Below the pieces are notes generated by a model, which was not told the DNA's origin, made no database searches, and was given only the letters and a program-made list of their open reading frames with translations. From Candidatus Latescibacterota bacterium (GTDB lineage Bacteria; Krumholzibacteriota; Krumholzibacteriia; WVZY01; JAKEHA01): a stretch of 64,000 nt of DNA. The translations under genes were made by a program, and so were the position numbers. Below, in pieces: positions 20,929-32,115 of this stretch; position 1 is the first letter of the stretch; each line of letters opens with the position of its first letter. Where the stretch lies: NCBI GenBank assembly GCA_963707635.1, contig OY970173.1, positions 384,001 to 448,000 of the forward strand. Reading direction: 5' to 3'.

Positions 20929-21594
20929 CTATGGCATTCGCACGCCCAGGAGGTCGCGATAGGCCTGGATGGTATCGCGCGTGTCCGCGCGCGGGTCGTC
21001 GCGGGTCTCGTGCGGCGGGGGCGAGGCGGCATCGGGGTCGAGGAAGCGGGGAATTCGCAGAATCTTCTCGCCGGGCACCCCGAGCTTCTTCAGATCGGTG
21101 AGCCGATCCCGGCTGATCGCGATGAAGCGATCCGCGCAGCGTCGCATGATCGGGCCGGAAATGAACCGCGGCATGTGCCGGAACATGGCGGTGTCGTGCG
21201 TCAGCACGCGCGCGCACCCGACCTTGCTCGCCTTCACCGCGATGGCGGCCGCCAGCGCGCAGGTGTCGTCATACGAATGGACCACGTCCGGCCGCTCTTC
21301 GCGCAGCAGGTGCGAGAGGTCGTGGGCGGCGTGGGTGAGCGCGTGGTGCGCGTTCTCGATCGGGCGGTACTTGACGCGCGCGTCGAGCTGGTCGCGAAGC
21401 GGCCCGTTGTCGGACGCGAACAGCACGGCGATCCCTTCGCCCGCGAGCGCGTTGGCCAGCGCCACCGCCTTCGCATCGGCACCGCCTGCGGACAGCGAAT
21501 CGTTGCAGATCAGGACCTTCACAGGAGTCCGGGGGCGCGACGCAGACGGTGCGCCCGGGTTGACGGTTCCGGGAGTGGGCGATTCTGTCTTCAC
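20929..21594 (-). CDS. Glycosyltransferase family 4 N-terminal-domain-only protein
   Basis: VKVLI...GGAD...LANAL, RPDVVHS, VLTH, ADRFIAIS; no C-terminal nucleotide-sugar-binding domain visible. Confidence 0.7.
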   Translation of the reverse strand: MKTESPTPGTVNPGAPSASRPRTPVKVLICNDSLSAGGADAKAVALANALAGEGIAVLFASDNGPLRDQLDARVKYRPIENAHHALTHAAHDLSHLLREERPDVVHSYDDTCALAAAIAVKASKVGCARVLTHDTAMFRHMPRFISGPIMRRCADRFIAISRDRLTDLKKLGVPGEKILRIPRFLDPDAASPPPHETRDDPRADTRDTIQAYRDLLGVRMP

Positions 21595-22055
21595 AGTTTT
21601 CGAATCAGCCGGGCGGGATTGCCCGCGTAAACTCCCGGCGTCGTGATGTTTTTCGTCACCACGGCGCCGGCGCCAATCACCACGTTGTCGCAGATCGACA
21701 CCGGCAGAATGGTGGCGTTGGTGCCGATCGACACCTTACTCCCGAGTACGGTCTGCTTCCACAAATCGTTGCGTCCCCAGGCGGGCCCGCCCATCTGGAA
21801 CAAATCGTTGATGAACATGGCCCCGTGGGAAATGAAGCAGTCGTCGCCGATGGTCACCAGCTCGCAGATGAACGCGTGGGACTGGACGCGAACCCGCTTG
21901 CCCACGGTCACCTGCTTCTGGATCTCCACGAAGGGGCCGATGAACGACCCGTCCCCGATGGTGCAACCGTATAGATTGCAAGGCTCAACCACCGTGACCC
22001 CCTCACCGAAGGTCACATTGACGATACCGGCCTTGAGTCGCCTTGGTTCGGCCAT
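21591..22055 (-). CDS. Hexapeptide-repeat sugar N-acetyltransferase (WbpD/FdtC-like)
   Basis: IGPFVEIQK, VQSHAFICE, FIND, IGAGAVVTK, AGNPAR. Confidence 0.88.
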   Translation of the reverse strand: MAEPRRLKAGIVNVTFGEGVTVVEPCNLYGCTIGDGSFIGPFVEIQKQVTVGKRVRVQSHAFICELVTIGDDCFISHGAMFINDLFQMGGPAWGRNDLWKQTVLGSKVSIGTNATILPVSICDNVVIGAGAVVTKNITTPGVYAGNPARLIRKL

Positions 22056-22129
22056 GGCGGGGAGTATACACGCTTTGGACCTCCCGCCTAAGCGGGTTAC
22101 CGGCCAGGCTGAAACGACGAAAAATGTGC

Positions 22130-22170
22130 TTGCACTCCAATAGGAGTGCTATTACACTCCTATTCGAGTC
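22130..22170 (+). promoter_or_regulatory. Sigma70-type promoter overlapped by tandem palindromic operators
   Basis: TTGCAC (22130)-17 bp-TACACT (22153); CACTCC-AATA-GGAGTG (22133-22148) and CACTCC-TATT-CGAGTC (22155-22170). Confidence 0.65.
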
Positions 22171-22188
22171 CATTTGGAGCGAAGCCCA

Positions 22189-23583
22189 ATGCGCCGTCAG
22201 CCGCCCACCATCGTTGTCGCCGGAGTCGGGTTCTCCGGCGTGAGTGTGGCGGCCCATCTTGCGCGACTGCCCTGGACGAGCGGGGTCCGCATCGTTCTGC
22301 TGGAACGGAACGATGCGCCCGCCCGCGGGGTGGCCTACTCCACACCGAGCCGACTCCACCTCTTGAACGTCCCGGCGGGACGCATGGGCGCGTTCGCCGA
22401 CGACGAAGGTCACTTTCTGCGCTGGCTGCGTCTCTCCGAGCCGTCGCTTTCCGGCGACGCGTTCGCTCCCCGGCTCCGTTACGGCGAGTACCTCGCCTCG
22501 ATCCTCGACGGTCTCCAAACCGCCGCCCCGCCGGGTGTCCGCGTCGAGGTTCGCCACGCCGACGTTCGCGACCTCGAGCCCGTCGATCCGCGTCTCCGCG
22601 TGCACCTTGCCTCCGGCCCTCCGATCGACGCCGATCGCGCCGTGCTGGCGACCGGGACCCCGGCGCCGTCCCGTTCGAGCGTCGCCAACGCACTCCGCGA
22701 CGACCCACGCTACGTGCACGACCCGTGGGCCAACGGCGCGCTGGGACGCGTACGATCGCTGCAACCGATCCTGCTGGTGGGAACGGGTCTCACCATGGTG
22801 GACGTCGTGCTCGCCCTGCGCGAGTCCGGACACCGGGCCGGTTTTCTGGCGGTGTCTCGTCGCGGACTCCTGCCGCAACCGCACCGCGACTGGCCGCTCC
22901 CGCCGCCGGTGGTCCCGCCGCCCTCCGGACTCTCTACCTGGGACGGCTCGGCGTCGGCGCTCGTGGCGATGATCCACGACTCGGTGCGACACGCCGCACG
23001 CGGCGGCCTCGACTGGCGCGACGTGATCAACGGGCTGCGCCCGCTCACGCCGTCCCTCTGGCAGCGCATGCCGGCACGCGAGCGCGAGCGTTTCCTGCGG
23101 CACCTGCGGCCGTACTGGGACACCCATCGGCATCGCATGTCGACGCGGGTCGGGGCCGAAATCAACGCGATGATCTTTCGCGGCGAGCTGTCGGTGGTGG
23201 CGGGCCGGGTCGAATCGTGCCGGGCGGGCGCCGAGTCCGTCGAGTTCGGCATCCGCCGTCGTGGCCAGCCCATCACGACGCCCCATCGCGCCGGCGCCGT
23301 GATCAACTGCACCGGGCCCGAATCGGACTATTCGCGCGTCGACGAGCCGCTGTTTCAAGCGCTGCGCGGGCGAGGGCTCGCGACAGCCGACCCGCTGCGG
23401 CTGGGCATCCTGACCGACGAAGAAGGCGCGCTGATCGACACGCGTGGCGCCACCTCGCCGGTTCTCTTCACGCTGGGGAATCCTCGCAAGGCGGGTCTGT
23501 GGGAGTCGACCGCCGTCCCGGAGTTGCGCGCCCAGGCGGCGCGGCTGGCGGTACGGCTGCGCGAGTCGCTGGATTCGTCGTAG
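22189..23583 (+). CDS. FAD/NAD(P)-binding oxidoreductase (NAD_binding_9-like)
   Basis: VAGVGFSG, RGVAYST, LLNVPAGRM, VGTGLTMVD, VINCTGP, WESTAVPEL. Confidence 0.9.
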   Translation: MRRQPPTIVVAGVGFSGVSVAAHLARLPWTSGVRIVLLERNDAPARGVAYSTPSRLHLLNVPAGRMGAFADDEGHFLRWLRLSEPSLSGDAFAPRLRYGEYLASILDGLQTAAPPGVRVEVRHADVRDLEPVDPRLRVHLASGPPIDADRAVLATGTPAPSRSSVANALRDDPRYVHDPWANGALGRVRSLQPILLVGTGLTMVDVVLALRESGHRAGFLAVSRRGLLPQPHRDWPLPPPVVPPPSGLSTWDGSASALVAMIHDSVRHAARGGLDWRDVINGLRPLTPSLWQRMPARERERFLRHLRPYWDTHRHRMSTRVGAEINAMIFRGELSVVAGRVESCRAGAESVEFGIRRRGQPITTPHRAGAVINCTGPESDYSRVDEPLFQALRGRGLATADPLRLGILTDEEGALIDTRGATSPVLFTLGNPRKAGLWESTAVPELRAQAARLAVRLRESLDSS

Positions 23584-23596
23584 GGGAGTCCGGCCG

Positions 23597-25684
23597 TCAG
23601 CCTTCGCGGCGGACCGTCGGCTTCCAGGCGTTCATCGGAATCGTGACGATGAACCAGTACTCCGGCCGGGTCTGGATGCGGAGTTCGATGCGCTCCGCGC
23701 GGCTCGAAATGACGCGCGCGTCCACCGCCGGCACCGGGCCGCGCGCCGGCAGCAGCACCCACGCGAACGTCGCCGTCCCCGGAATCTCGGCGGAATAGAT
23801 CGCCGCCGCCGCCGGAACCTTCTCGTTGTAGTACCCGCTGTACCATCCCTGGATCTCCGGGGTCTCCACGCCCCGCTCGATCGCCGGCGTCCAGCGCACG
23901 CCGCCTACCGGTGCGATGCGGAGGTTCGCCTTGCCCTCGTCGTCGGTCACGATCGTCGACTGGTCGATGCGAACGTGACAATCGGGCGCGAAGTGCCAGA
24001 GCGCTTCGATCGTGCGCGGCCGATCGGTCTCGATGCGGTCCGCCACCACCCAGAACTCGTCGTGCACGTAGACCACCACGCGGGTGTGGACCGCCTGCCC
24101 GCGGACGTGGTCGAAGCCGGCGTCGAACACGCCGCGCGCGAAATCGTAGGCCGCACCGGTCGCGTAGTCGTTCTTCGACAGGGGAGCGGTCGCGCGCGCG
24201 CGATCGCCGTTCTGGCCGCGCCCGTCGATCAGGAGCACGTTGTGCGACGACGAACCGGTGAAGTAGTCCCGCCACTCGTTGCGCTTGTAGTTGAGCCGCC
24301 CCGCGTCGACCAGGAGCGACCGGCCAAACGCGTCGACCGACAGGTGCAGTTTATCGCGATGCTGGTGCGCGGTGCCGTACGGCCCCAGGTCGAAGAACGA
24401 CCAGTGCGCCTGCGCGTCCCAGCCGCTGCGCATGATCGCCTGTCCCGCCCACGGGAACACGACCGACGGGCCCACCGCGGGAGCCGTCCCCTGGGCGCCG
24501 TTGGTGGCGATGTAGGCCCACTCGGGGTGTCCGTGCGCGCGGGCCGCGCCGACGAGTTTCTCGCGCATGTCGCGCCGGTCCGAGTCGTTGTTCTCCGGCG
24601 ACGTGCCGTCGGGGCGGGTCGTGTACGCGAGGTAGCCCCACATCCCGCGCACGCCGGCGATCAGCGAGTCCGGCACCGGAATTCCGAATTCCTGGAACGT
24701 CTGCACGAAACGGTCGAAGTGCTCGGTGGCGATGCGGTGGTAGTGCACGGTCAATTCCGACATCGAACCGTCGGGGTACACCTGGTCCCGCATCTGCCGC
24801 CCCATCTTCTCGAGCGCGTACTTGCGCCAGCCCGGCGCGCCCGTGAACTCCGGCCACGCGGCGCCGATACTGCCCAGGCCGTCCAGCTCCGTCACCGCCC
24901 AGTTTCCCGCTTCGCGCCGATGGAAAAGCTGCAGGTAGCTCGCATGCTCGACCAGGCTCGACAGCATGAGAATGCGCGCGGCCGGCGAGAACGCGTTGCA
25001 GCTCTGCAAGCGGTAGAAGGCGTTCATCCAGCTCTGCGCCCGCGTGGCGACTTCGATGCCACGCCACGGGCCGGTGCGCGTGAGAGCGTGCGGCATGGGA
25101 TTCGACAGGATCCAGTCGCGCACGTCGGCGTCGACCCGCTCGACGTACGCGCGGCGGCCGGTCTTGAAGTAGCCGTGGATCAGCGTGCCGAAGTAGTAGA
25201 GATCGTTGAGCGACCAGCCCCACTCGGGGTCGTTCTGCGGGCCGTTGTAGAGCCAGTCGACGCCACCGTTCGCCCGCCGCGGGAGTTTCGCGGTGGCGTT
25301 GTAGAACGACAGCGTGTCGCCGAGGATGGGCTCCGCGTCCCGGTCGATCGCCCCGGTGTCAGCGACTGGGTCGCGCCGGATCCACGCGGCGGTGCGCGCG
25401 TTGCGGTAGTAGTCGATCAGGGCGGAGCAGGCGGTCGGGTAGTCGTTGCGCTCGACCGCGAGCTTGACGGTCTCCAGGCCGGGGCGGTCCAGACTCAAGC
25501 TGTCGAACAGCAATTGCACGCGCGCCGGCGCGTACTTGCACACCCATTCGACCGAGTGCGGGTCGGGGCCGACACGCTGGCCGCTGGTGGGCGACCCGAA
25601 CAGGAGCAGCGGGAGCCCCAGCAAGCCCACGGCCGCGAACATCGAAGCGATCGCGCGCGGGGTACGAATAGAATGGGAATGCAT
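23597..25684 (-). CDS. Heparinase II/III family polysaccharide lyase, secreted
   Basis: [48 protein letters not shown]-terminal hydrophobic signal; start estimated. Confidence 0.88.
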   Translation of the reverse strand: MHSHSIRTPRAIASMFAAVGLLGLPLLLFGSPTSGQRVGPDPHSVEWVCKYAPARVQLLFDSLSLDRPGLETVKLAVERNDYPTACSALIDYYRNARTAAWIRRDPVADTGAIDRDAEPILGDTLSFYNATAKLPRRANGGVDWLYNGPQNDPEWGWSLNDLYYFGTLIHGYFKTGRRAYVERVDADVRDWILSNPMPHALTRTGPWRGIEVATRAQSWMNAFYRLQSCNAFSPAARILMLSSLVEHASYLQLFHRREAGNWAVTELDGLGSIGAAWPEFTGAPGWRKYALEKMGRQMRDQVYPDGSMSELTVHYHRIATEHFDRFVQTFQEFGIPVPDSLIAGVRGMWGYLAYTTRPDGTSPENNDSDRRDMREKLVGAARAHGHPEWAYIATNGAQGTAPAVGPSVVFPWAGQAIMRSGWDAQAHWSFFDLGPYGTAHQHRDKLHLSVDAFGRSLLVDAGRLNYKRNEWRDYFTGSSSHNVLLIDGRGQNGDRARATAPLSKNDYATGAAYDFARGVFDAGFDHVRGQAVHTRVVVYVHDEFWVVADRIETDRPRTIEALWHFAPDCHVRIDQSTIVTDDEGKANLRIAPVGGVRWTPAIERGVETPEIQGWYSGYYNEKVPAAAAIYSAEIPGTATFAWVLLPARGPVPAVDARVISSRAERIELRIQTRPEYWFIVTIPMNAWKPTVRREG

Positions 25685-25700
25685 CTGCGTTGCGGAATCG

Positions 25701-25793
25701 GGCGCTGCGCGCGTCGTTCGACGCGATTTCACGAGGCGCGCTTTCAACCATCGCGCGCGAAGTGCATGAGCGGAGAACGATGCGCGCTGCGCC
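25701..25793 (+). repeat. Structured intergenic repeat, copy C
   Basis: 19-position closing stem (one T-T mismatch, one G-T) enclosing core GCGCGC-TTTCAACCATC-GCGCGC...ATGAGCGGA. Confidence 0.88.
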
Positions 25794-25812
25794 AAATCGA
25801 CGATGGTGCCGA

Positions 25813-26805
<993 letters not shown>

Positions 26806-26902
26806 GAAAGAGATCCTTTCGGGTTCGCCGTGAATCTATCAAATCGAGCCGCTGGAGCGCACGCGTTTATACACCGGCGGCCGGCGTGCGCGTCGGGCCG
26901 GC

Positions 26903-26931
26903 TTGACGTGCCCATCCGATCGGCCTAGACT
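26903..26931 (+). promoter_or_regulatory. Sigma70-type promoter
   Basis: TTGACG-17 bp-TAGACT upstream of ATG 26984. Confidence 0.6.
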
Positions 26932-26983
26932 CCTTCCGAGCGAGTTTCGACGTTCCTCGACCTGCCCGGGTAGGGAAAAAGAC

Positions 26984-27715
26984 ATGCGCACAGGAATGCC
27001 CCCGCTCTGTGTGGCCGCGTTGCTATCCGTCGTCGTCGCCCCTTCGGCCGACGGCGCTAGACAACGCGTCGACCTTGGCCCGGCTGCTCCCGGTCAGACC
27101 GTCCGCATTCCGTTCAAGGCCCCGAGACGGGACCACAATACCACCGCAACGCGCGTCACCATCGGCGAGCGCGAGGCCGCCATTGCGCACTCGGAACCGG
27201 GGCGCGTGACCGTCTACGTGCCGAAGTTGTCGCCCGGCGAACTTTCGGTTCGCGTCTACGCGGGTAGACGCCGTGTCGCTGCGGATCAGATCGAGATCGT
27301 GGCGCCTTTCCGGCGCAGTTTCGTCTTCGCCCGGCGGGGCGAAGAGATAGAACTCCTTCGCGTAACCTCAACTTCCAGTGAGCCCACCCGCAACGTGCGC
27401 TCGATGGACGCCCGCCTGTCGTTCGACCTGGTGGACGACTCCGGGCACCTCCTCTACGCGACGTCCGTGCTGGACCCGTCGGAGGTGCCCGCGGAAACCT
27501 TCACTCCCGCGAGGGAGGGAGACACGGTGTCGGTGGGACGCGTCGGTGTGGAGCATCGAAGCGTATTTCCCGTGCAGCTGCCCGCCGTGCCGGGGGCGAC
27601 GGAGCTTCGGGTCTATCGCGCTCCCGCGGGCCTCGACATTTTCAGCCCCGAGGGGCGACGGCAGAGGATTCTGCTGCGTCGATTCCCGCTCGAGACCGGC
27701 GAGGGGGCACCCTGA
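26984..27715 (+). CDS. Secreted hypothetical protein (beta-rich, possibly Ig-like)
   Basis: Signal peptide; stop overlaps the next start (TGATG). Confidence 0.6.
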   Translation: MRTGMPPLCVAALLSVVVAPSADGARQRVDLGPAAPGQTVRIPFKAPRRDHNTTATRVTIGEREAAIAHSEPGRVTVYVPKLSPGELSVRVYAGRRRVAADQIEIVAPFRRSFVFARRGEEIELLRVTSTSSEPTRNVRSMDARLSFDLVDDSGHLLYATSVLDPSEVPAETFTPAREGDTVSVGRVGVEHRSVFPVQLPAVPGATELRVYRAPAGLDIFSPEGRRQRILLRRFPLETGEGAP

Positions 27716-29049
27716 TGTGGGAGCTCGCCCTGAGCTGTGTCCTCGCGCTGACGCCGAGCGTGGGCCTTGTCTCCACATGCAACGTCGACGGCTTCACCAT
27801 TGTGAAACACTACGGGGAGTGTTTTGAGATCCTGCAAAGCGACGGCTCGGCAGCCGCAATCGACGTCGTGATCATGGGCGACGGCTTCACGTCCGATGAA
27901 CAGGATGAGTTCGACGCCGCAGCCGATAACTGCGTCGACGAACTATTCGAGTTTCCCCCTTACAGCGACCGGAAGTGCGCATTCACGATCTGGAAAGTCA
28001 ACCTGGTCTCAAACGACAGCGGCATCGACTACTACGACAGCGCGGACAACCTGACCGATCGGGACACGCCGCTCGGCTGCTCGTTCGGAAAATCGGACGA
28101 GCCCGTAGCAAAAATCACGGGGGACTTCGACCTGTGCCGGCGGGCGGCGGATGCCGCCGAGATCCCGGCCGGCTGCTATATCTGTGTGATCGTGAACGAT
28201 GACATAGGCCACGACGGTGCCATGTCGTACCCGACGGAAGCGGTCACTTTCATGTCGAGCCTTTTTCCGTGGGGGGTCGTTATCGCGCACGAGCTGGGCC
28301 ACCAGCTCGCCGGGCTTGGGGACGAGTATCCGTGCCGGATCTGCGACCCTGCTGTGTTGTTGTACGACCCGACCAACTCGGACCTGAACCGAACCTACTC
28401 GGGCTCGCCACCCATCGTTGCACCGAATCTGTCGACCACATACGAACGCGCCCTGATTCCGTGGAGCGGCGAGATCGCCGCTGAAACCGCGCTGCCGACC
28501 GTCCCGCTGACCCCGGACAACAGCGAGGAGGTGGGAGCGTGGGAGGGAGGAGGCACCTATGCGTACGGTGTCTATCGCCCACAGAGGTATTGCGTGATGG
28601 ACGTCGTGATGTATCAGGACGAGGACCGGGATCACTTCTGCAAGATTTGCTCCGACGCGCTGGAGAGTGAGTTTACGTTTCGTTGCATCCTCCCGTTCTC
28701 GCGGTTGGACGCGGGGATCATCACCAACCTCGATCCAAGAGGGATACGCTTTCCCATTCCTCCCTGTTCGCTCTGTCCTGACTCGCTGCAGAACGATGTC
28801 AAACTCCAAATCTTTGCCGAACGCTTCGGTCCGTCGTTTGGCCCCGGCCTCGCGGTGTATGACGATTGGGGCAAGCGCGTGGCCGTCAGTTCGGATCCGC
28901 GCGACGGCCGCCTGGAAGTGTCGTTCCGGGCGAATCGGGCACGGTCGTATCGCGGGGCGCTGTTCTTCGACTCACCCGAAGCCCGCGACCTGGTGATCAG
29001 ATCGGAAATCTACGTGAACGGGGTGAAGGTGGAGATGCCCGATAGGTGA
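27715..29049 (+). CDS. Peptidase family M64 (IgA-peptidase-like) metalloprotease, secreted
   Basis: DVVIMGDGFT, HELGHQLAGLGDEY, GAWEGG.....GVYRP...CVM, FCKIC. Confidence 0.85.
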   Translation: MWELALSCVLALTPSVGLVSTCNVDGFTIVKHYGECFEILQSDGSAAAIDVVIMGDGFTSDEQDEFDAAADNCVDELFEFPPYSDRKCAFTIWKVNLVSNDSGIDYYDSADNLTDRDTPLGCSFGKSDEPVAKITGDFDLCRRAADAAEIPAGCYICVIVNDDIGHDGAMSYPTEAVTFMSSLFPWGVVIAHELGHQLAGLGDEYPCRICDPAVLLYDPTNSDLNRTYSGSPPIVAPNLSTTYERALIPWSGEIAAETALPTVPLTPDNSEEVGAWEGGGTYAYGVYRPQRYCVMDVVMYQDEDRDHFCKICSDALESEFTFRCILPFSRLDAGIITNLDPRGIRFPIPPCSLCPDSLQNDVKLQIFAERFGPSFGPGLAVYDDWGKRVAVSSDPRDGRLEVSFRANRARSYRGALFFDSPEARDLVIRSEIYVNGVKVEMPDR

Positions 29050-29079
29050 CAGGTCGGGGAACCGGCGTTCCCCGACCTG
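29050..29079. terminator. Strong hairpin between convergent genes (possible bidirectional terminator)
   Basis: Perfect 13-bp stem CAGGTCGGGGAAC/GTTCCCCGACCTG, 4-nt loop; no clear U-tract. Confidence 0.5.
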
Positions 29080-29093
29080 CCGGCCGAATACGA

Positions 29094-29489
29094 CTAGTCG
29101 TCGTCGCCGCCGTCCTCTGGTACTTTGATGGTGCCGCCGCCCTGGCCTTCCTCATCGCCTTCCTCCGTAACCACCTGCGTCGTATAGTCGGCCGATTGCG
29201 CCGCCGACAAGACGCGCCTGTCGATGCAGTCGCCCGGACGGAGGCGGATCGTTTCCTTCCCGCCCAGGATCGACCGGTTGGTCTTGATGACAACGATCAA
29301 GTCGGAATCGTTGCACCAGCGGACCACCACGCCGTGTTTGAGCGTGATGTCCTTGACTGGTTCTCCCTTGGAGTTCAGTACCATTCCATCCGCGCGAATG
29401 GAATACTTCTCCATCACCATCTCGTGGCACGAGCTGGCTACGACCGAGATCGCGACCAGAGCCACTGCGATAACCACCTTATTGCGCAT
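29094..29489 (-). CDS. Lipoprotein, possible cupredoxin-like fold lacking type-1 Cu ligands
   Basis: Lipobox-like ASSC; ITLKHGVVVRWCND, LRPGD and terminal GTIKV strands recall cupredoxins; SD AGGAGG. Confidence 0.6.
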   Translation of the reverse strand: MRNKVVIAVALVAISVVASSCHEMVMEKYSIRADGMVLNSKGEPVKDITLKHGVVVRWCNDSDLIVVIKTNRSILGGKETIRLRPGDCIDRRVLSAAQSADYTTQVVTEEGDEEGQGGGTIKVPEDGGDDD

Positions 29490-29517
29490 CGACGCGCCTC
29501 CTTTCGAGTAATGCCGG

Positions 29518-32115
29518 CTACTTCGGCCGGCTGTCGGACAGGCCTTCTCCCTTAACCATTTCGGTGAACCTCGGATCCCGCGTGAGATCTTTCAGCATCG
29601 GTTCGTTCATGATTTCGTGCAGCGGATACTGCCGGCGCAGCGCTTCTCCCGCGTAATGGAGCGCGCGCGTACGCTCGCCGAAGTTCTCGTATACCTGGGC
29701 CACCCGGAACATCGCCTCGCTTTCATCCGATTCCACCGCGCGATCGACCATGTGGAACGCGTTCGCGCTATCGCCGATCATCGAGTAGAAGTCCGCGAGG
29801 CGGGCGACGGTCAACAGGTCGTCCGGCGTCTGCTCCAGGTGCTTCAGTCCGAGCTCGATGGCGCGGCGAAACATGCGCTTGGATCTCTCCATCTCGCCGT
29901 CCACGCGATAGAGGGAATTGGCCAGATTCGCCCACACCACCAGGGTGGTGGTGTCGCAGTACTCGAATGCGTACTCGAAATACCGCGTCGCTTCCTTGAA
30001 GCGGCCCTCGAAATAGAGAACGCCGCCGACGTTGGAGCACGTCGCGCAGTCGGGTTTCACCAGAAACGCGCGCTCCCAGTACCCGCGAGCGCGGGGCCAA
30101 TCACCCTGATTCGCGTAGTGGAGCCCGGCGTCGTTCAGGGAGCGAAAATCTTCCGGGGCCAGAGACAGTGCAATCTCGTGCTCGCGAATCTCGCGGTCCG
30201 CGCGGCCCATCTGACGGTGGAGCACGCCGAGCTTCCAGTGGACGTAGTAGTAGTCGGGTGCCTGCCTCTCCAGCTCGTGGTAAACGTCCTCGGCCTCACC
30301 GTATCGCTGCAGCGACATCAACGCTTCCCCGAGTTCCTCGTACGAGGCGATCCGGCCCCGATCCAGCCGCACCGCCGTGCGCAGCACCACCACGGAGGAA
30401 TCCGCGCGCTCGGTGCGCTCGAGCAAGGACGACAGCCACAGGTACGACGCGACCAGGGTGGAGTCGAGCGCGATCGTTCCCGTCAGCCACGCTTCGGCGC
30501 GCCGCGCGGACTCCACACTCTTCGTCCGGCGAAACATGCGATAGTGCGCGAGCCCCATCGCCACGCGAGCGTCCGCATAGCCGGGATCCAGCGCCATCAC
30601 CGAATCCATGAGCGCGATCGCCCGCTCGACGTTGTCACCGGCCCTCCATTGCTGCAGGTGCCCCATCGCCTCGAACAAACCGGCGCATGCGCCTGGTGAA
30701 CGACTCGCGTGCCCCGCGATCGTTTCGAGGTCCGCGCGCGCCGTGTCTCCGCCCATCAAAGCGACTACCGCCGGTGCGAGGCGGGCCGGGAACTGGTCGA
30801 GACTATCCAGGCTGAAGTCCACCGAGCCGAACCGAAGCGCTTTCATCGTGGCCGCGTCGGTCAGGGTCAACGAGAGCCGGAATCCCGCGCCGTACGGCGT
30901 TACCTCGCTCACCACGATTCGGTTGACGCCGAAGGCGTCTTTCAGTCGCGTCGGCACCGCCGGACGATCGCTCACCACGTGTTCGTACGGCATCACCCAG
31001 GTCGATTTCGCGGTACGGCCGGCGCGATCCACGGCATCGGCCAGCCACCACGACATTCCCGCGACGAGGCTTCGCGAAGGCGCGTCTCCGATACGGTCGA
31101 TGGGCAGAACGGCAATGCGGGACTGCGTAGAGAAGACATCCGACGAGGACGCGCCGCTACGCCACAGTTTCACGGCCGCGAACACGACGATCACCGACGC
31201 CGCTCCCACCAGCATCCACACGACCGCGCGCGAGCGCCGCCGGGGCTCGTACTCGGCGATGGCGCGCGCCGTGCTCGCCGTGAAGGATTCGCTCCACCCG
31301 AGCGGACCGGCCAGGGACCGGACCGCGTCGCAGAATTCCACCGCCGACTGGTAGCGCCGCGCCGGATCCTTCTCCAGGCACTTCATGACGATCGCCGCGC
31401 ACGCGTCGGGGACTTCCGGCCGCAGCTCCCGAATCGGCCGCGGGGTTTCGTTCAGGATGGAATAGACCATGGCCTGGCCGATGTCCCCGCGGAATGGAAG
31501 CTGACCGGTCAGCATCTCGTAGAGCACGACACCCAGCGCCCACACGTCCGCGCGCGCGTCGACTTCCTCGCTCCGCGCCTGTTCCGGCGACATGTAGGCC
31601 ACGGTCCCGAGCGTGGTGCCGCTCCCGGTCACGCGCGAGCGGCCGATCAGCTTGGCGAGGCCGAAGTCGACGATCTTCACGAACCCGTCGGTCGTGATCA
31701 TCACGTTGGCGGGCTTGATGTCGCGGTGGATGATGTTCGCGGCGTGGGCGCGTCCCAACCCCTGGGCGACCGAGAACGCGATCTCGAACGCCTCGCGGAC
31801 GTCGAGGCGGCGGCGGGCGACGCGATCCTTGAGCGACTCGCCCTCGTAGCAGGCCATCGCGATGAAGAGCTGGCCTTCCGGCGTCTCGTCGACGTCGAAG
31901 ATGCTGCAGATGTTCGGGTGGTCCAGGGCCGAGGCCGCCTGCGCTTCGTGGATGAAGCGCCGTTTGGCGTCCTCGTCGCGGGTGAGCTCGGGCGCAAGAA
32001 ATTTCAGGGCGACCGCGCGGCGGAGCTTCGTGTCTTCCGCTTTGTACACGGTTCCCATGCCGCCGCCTCCGATTTTCTGGAGGATGCGGTAATGTGAAAC
32101 GACGCGTCCTATCAT
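29518..32115 (-). CDS. Hanks-type Ser/Thr protein kinase with TM segment and C-terminal TPR repeats
   Basis: IGGGGMGTVY, VALK, HRDIKPAN, DFG, YMSPE, DVWALG; TM helix; TPR-like helical repeats. Confidence 0.95.
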   Translation of the reverse strand: MIGRVVSHYRILQKIGGGGMGTVYKAEDTKLRRAVALKFLAPELTRDEDAKRRFIHEAQAASALDHPNICSIFDVDETPEGQLFIAMACYEGESLKDRVARRRLDVREAFEIAFSVAQGLGRAHAANIIHRDIKPANVMITTDGFVKIVDFGLAKLIGRSRVTGSGTTLGTVAYMSPEQARSEEVDARADVWALGVVLYEMLTGQLPFRGDIGQAMVYSILNETPRPIRELRPEVPDACAAIVMKCLEKDPARRYQSAVEFCDAVRSLAGPLGWSESFTASTARAIAEYEPRRRSRAVVWMLVGAASVIVVFAAVKLWRSGASSSDVFSTQSRIAVLPIDRIGDAPSRSLVAGMSWWLADAVDRAGRTAKSTWVMPYEHVVSDRPAVPTRLKDAFGVNRIVVSEVTPYGAGFRLSLTLTDAATMKALRFGSVDFSLDSLDQFPARLAPAVVALMGGDTARADLETIAGHASRSPGACAGLFEAMGHLQQWRAGDNVERAIALMDSVMALDPGYADARVAMGLAHYRMFRRTKSVESARRAEAWLTGTIALDSTLVASYLWLSSLLERTERADSSVVVLRTAVRLDRGRIASYEELGEALMSLQRYGEAEDVYHELERQAPDYYYVHWKLGVLHRQMGRADREIREHEIALSLAPEDFRSLNDAGLHYANQGDWPRARGYWERAFLVKPDCATCSNVGGVLYFEGRFKEATRYFEYAFEYCDTTTLVVWANLANSLYRVDGEMERSKRMFRRAIELGLKHLEQTPDDLLTVARLADFYSMIGDSANAFHMVDRAVESDESEAMFRVAQVYENFGERTRALHYAGEALRRQYPLHEIMNEPMLKDLTRDPRFTEMVKGEGLSDSRPK

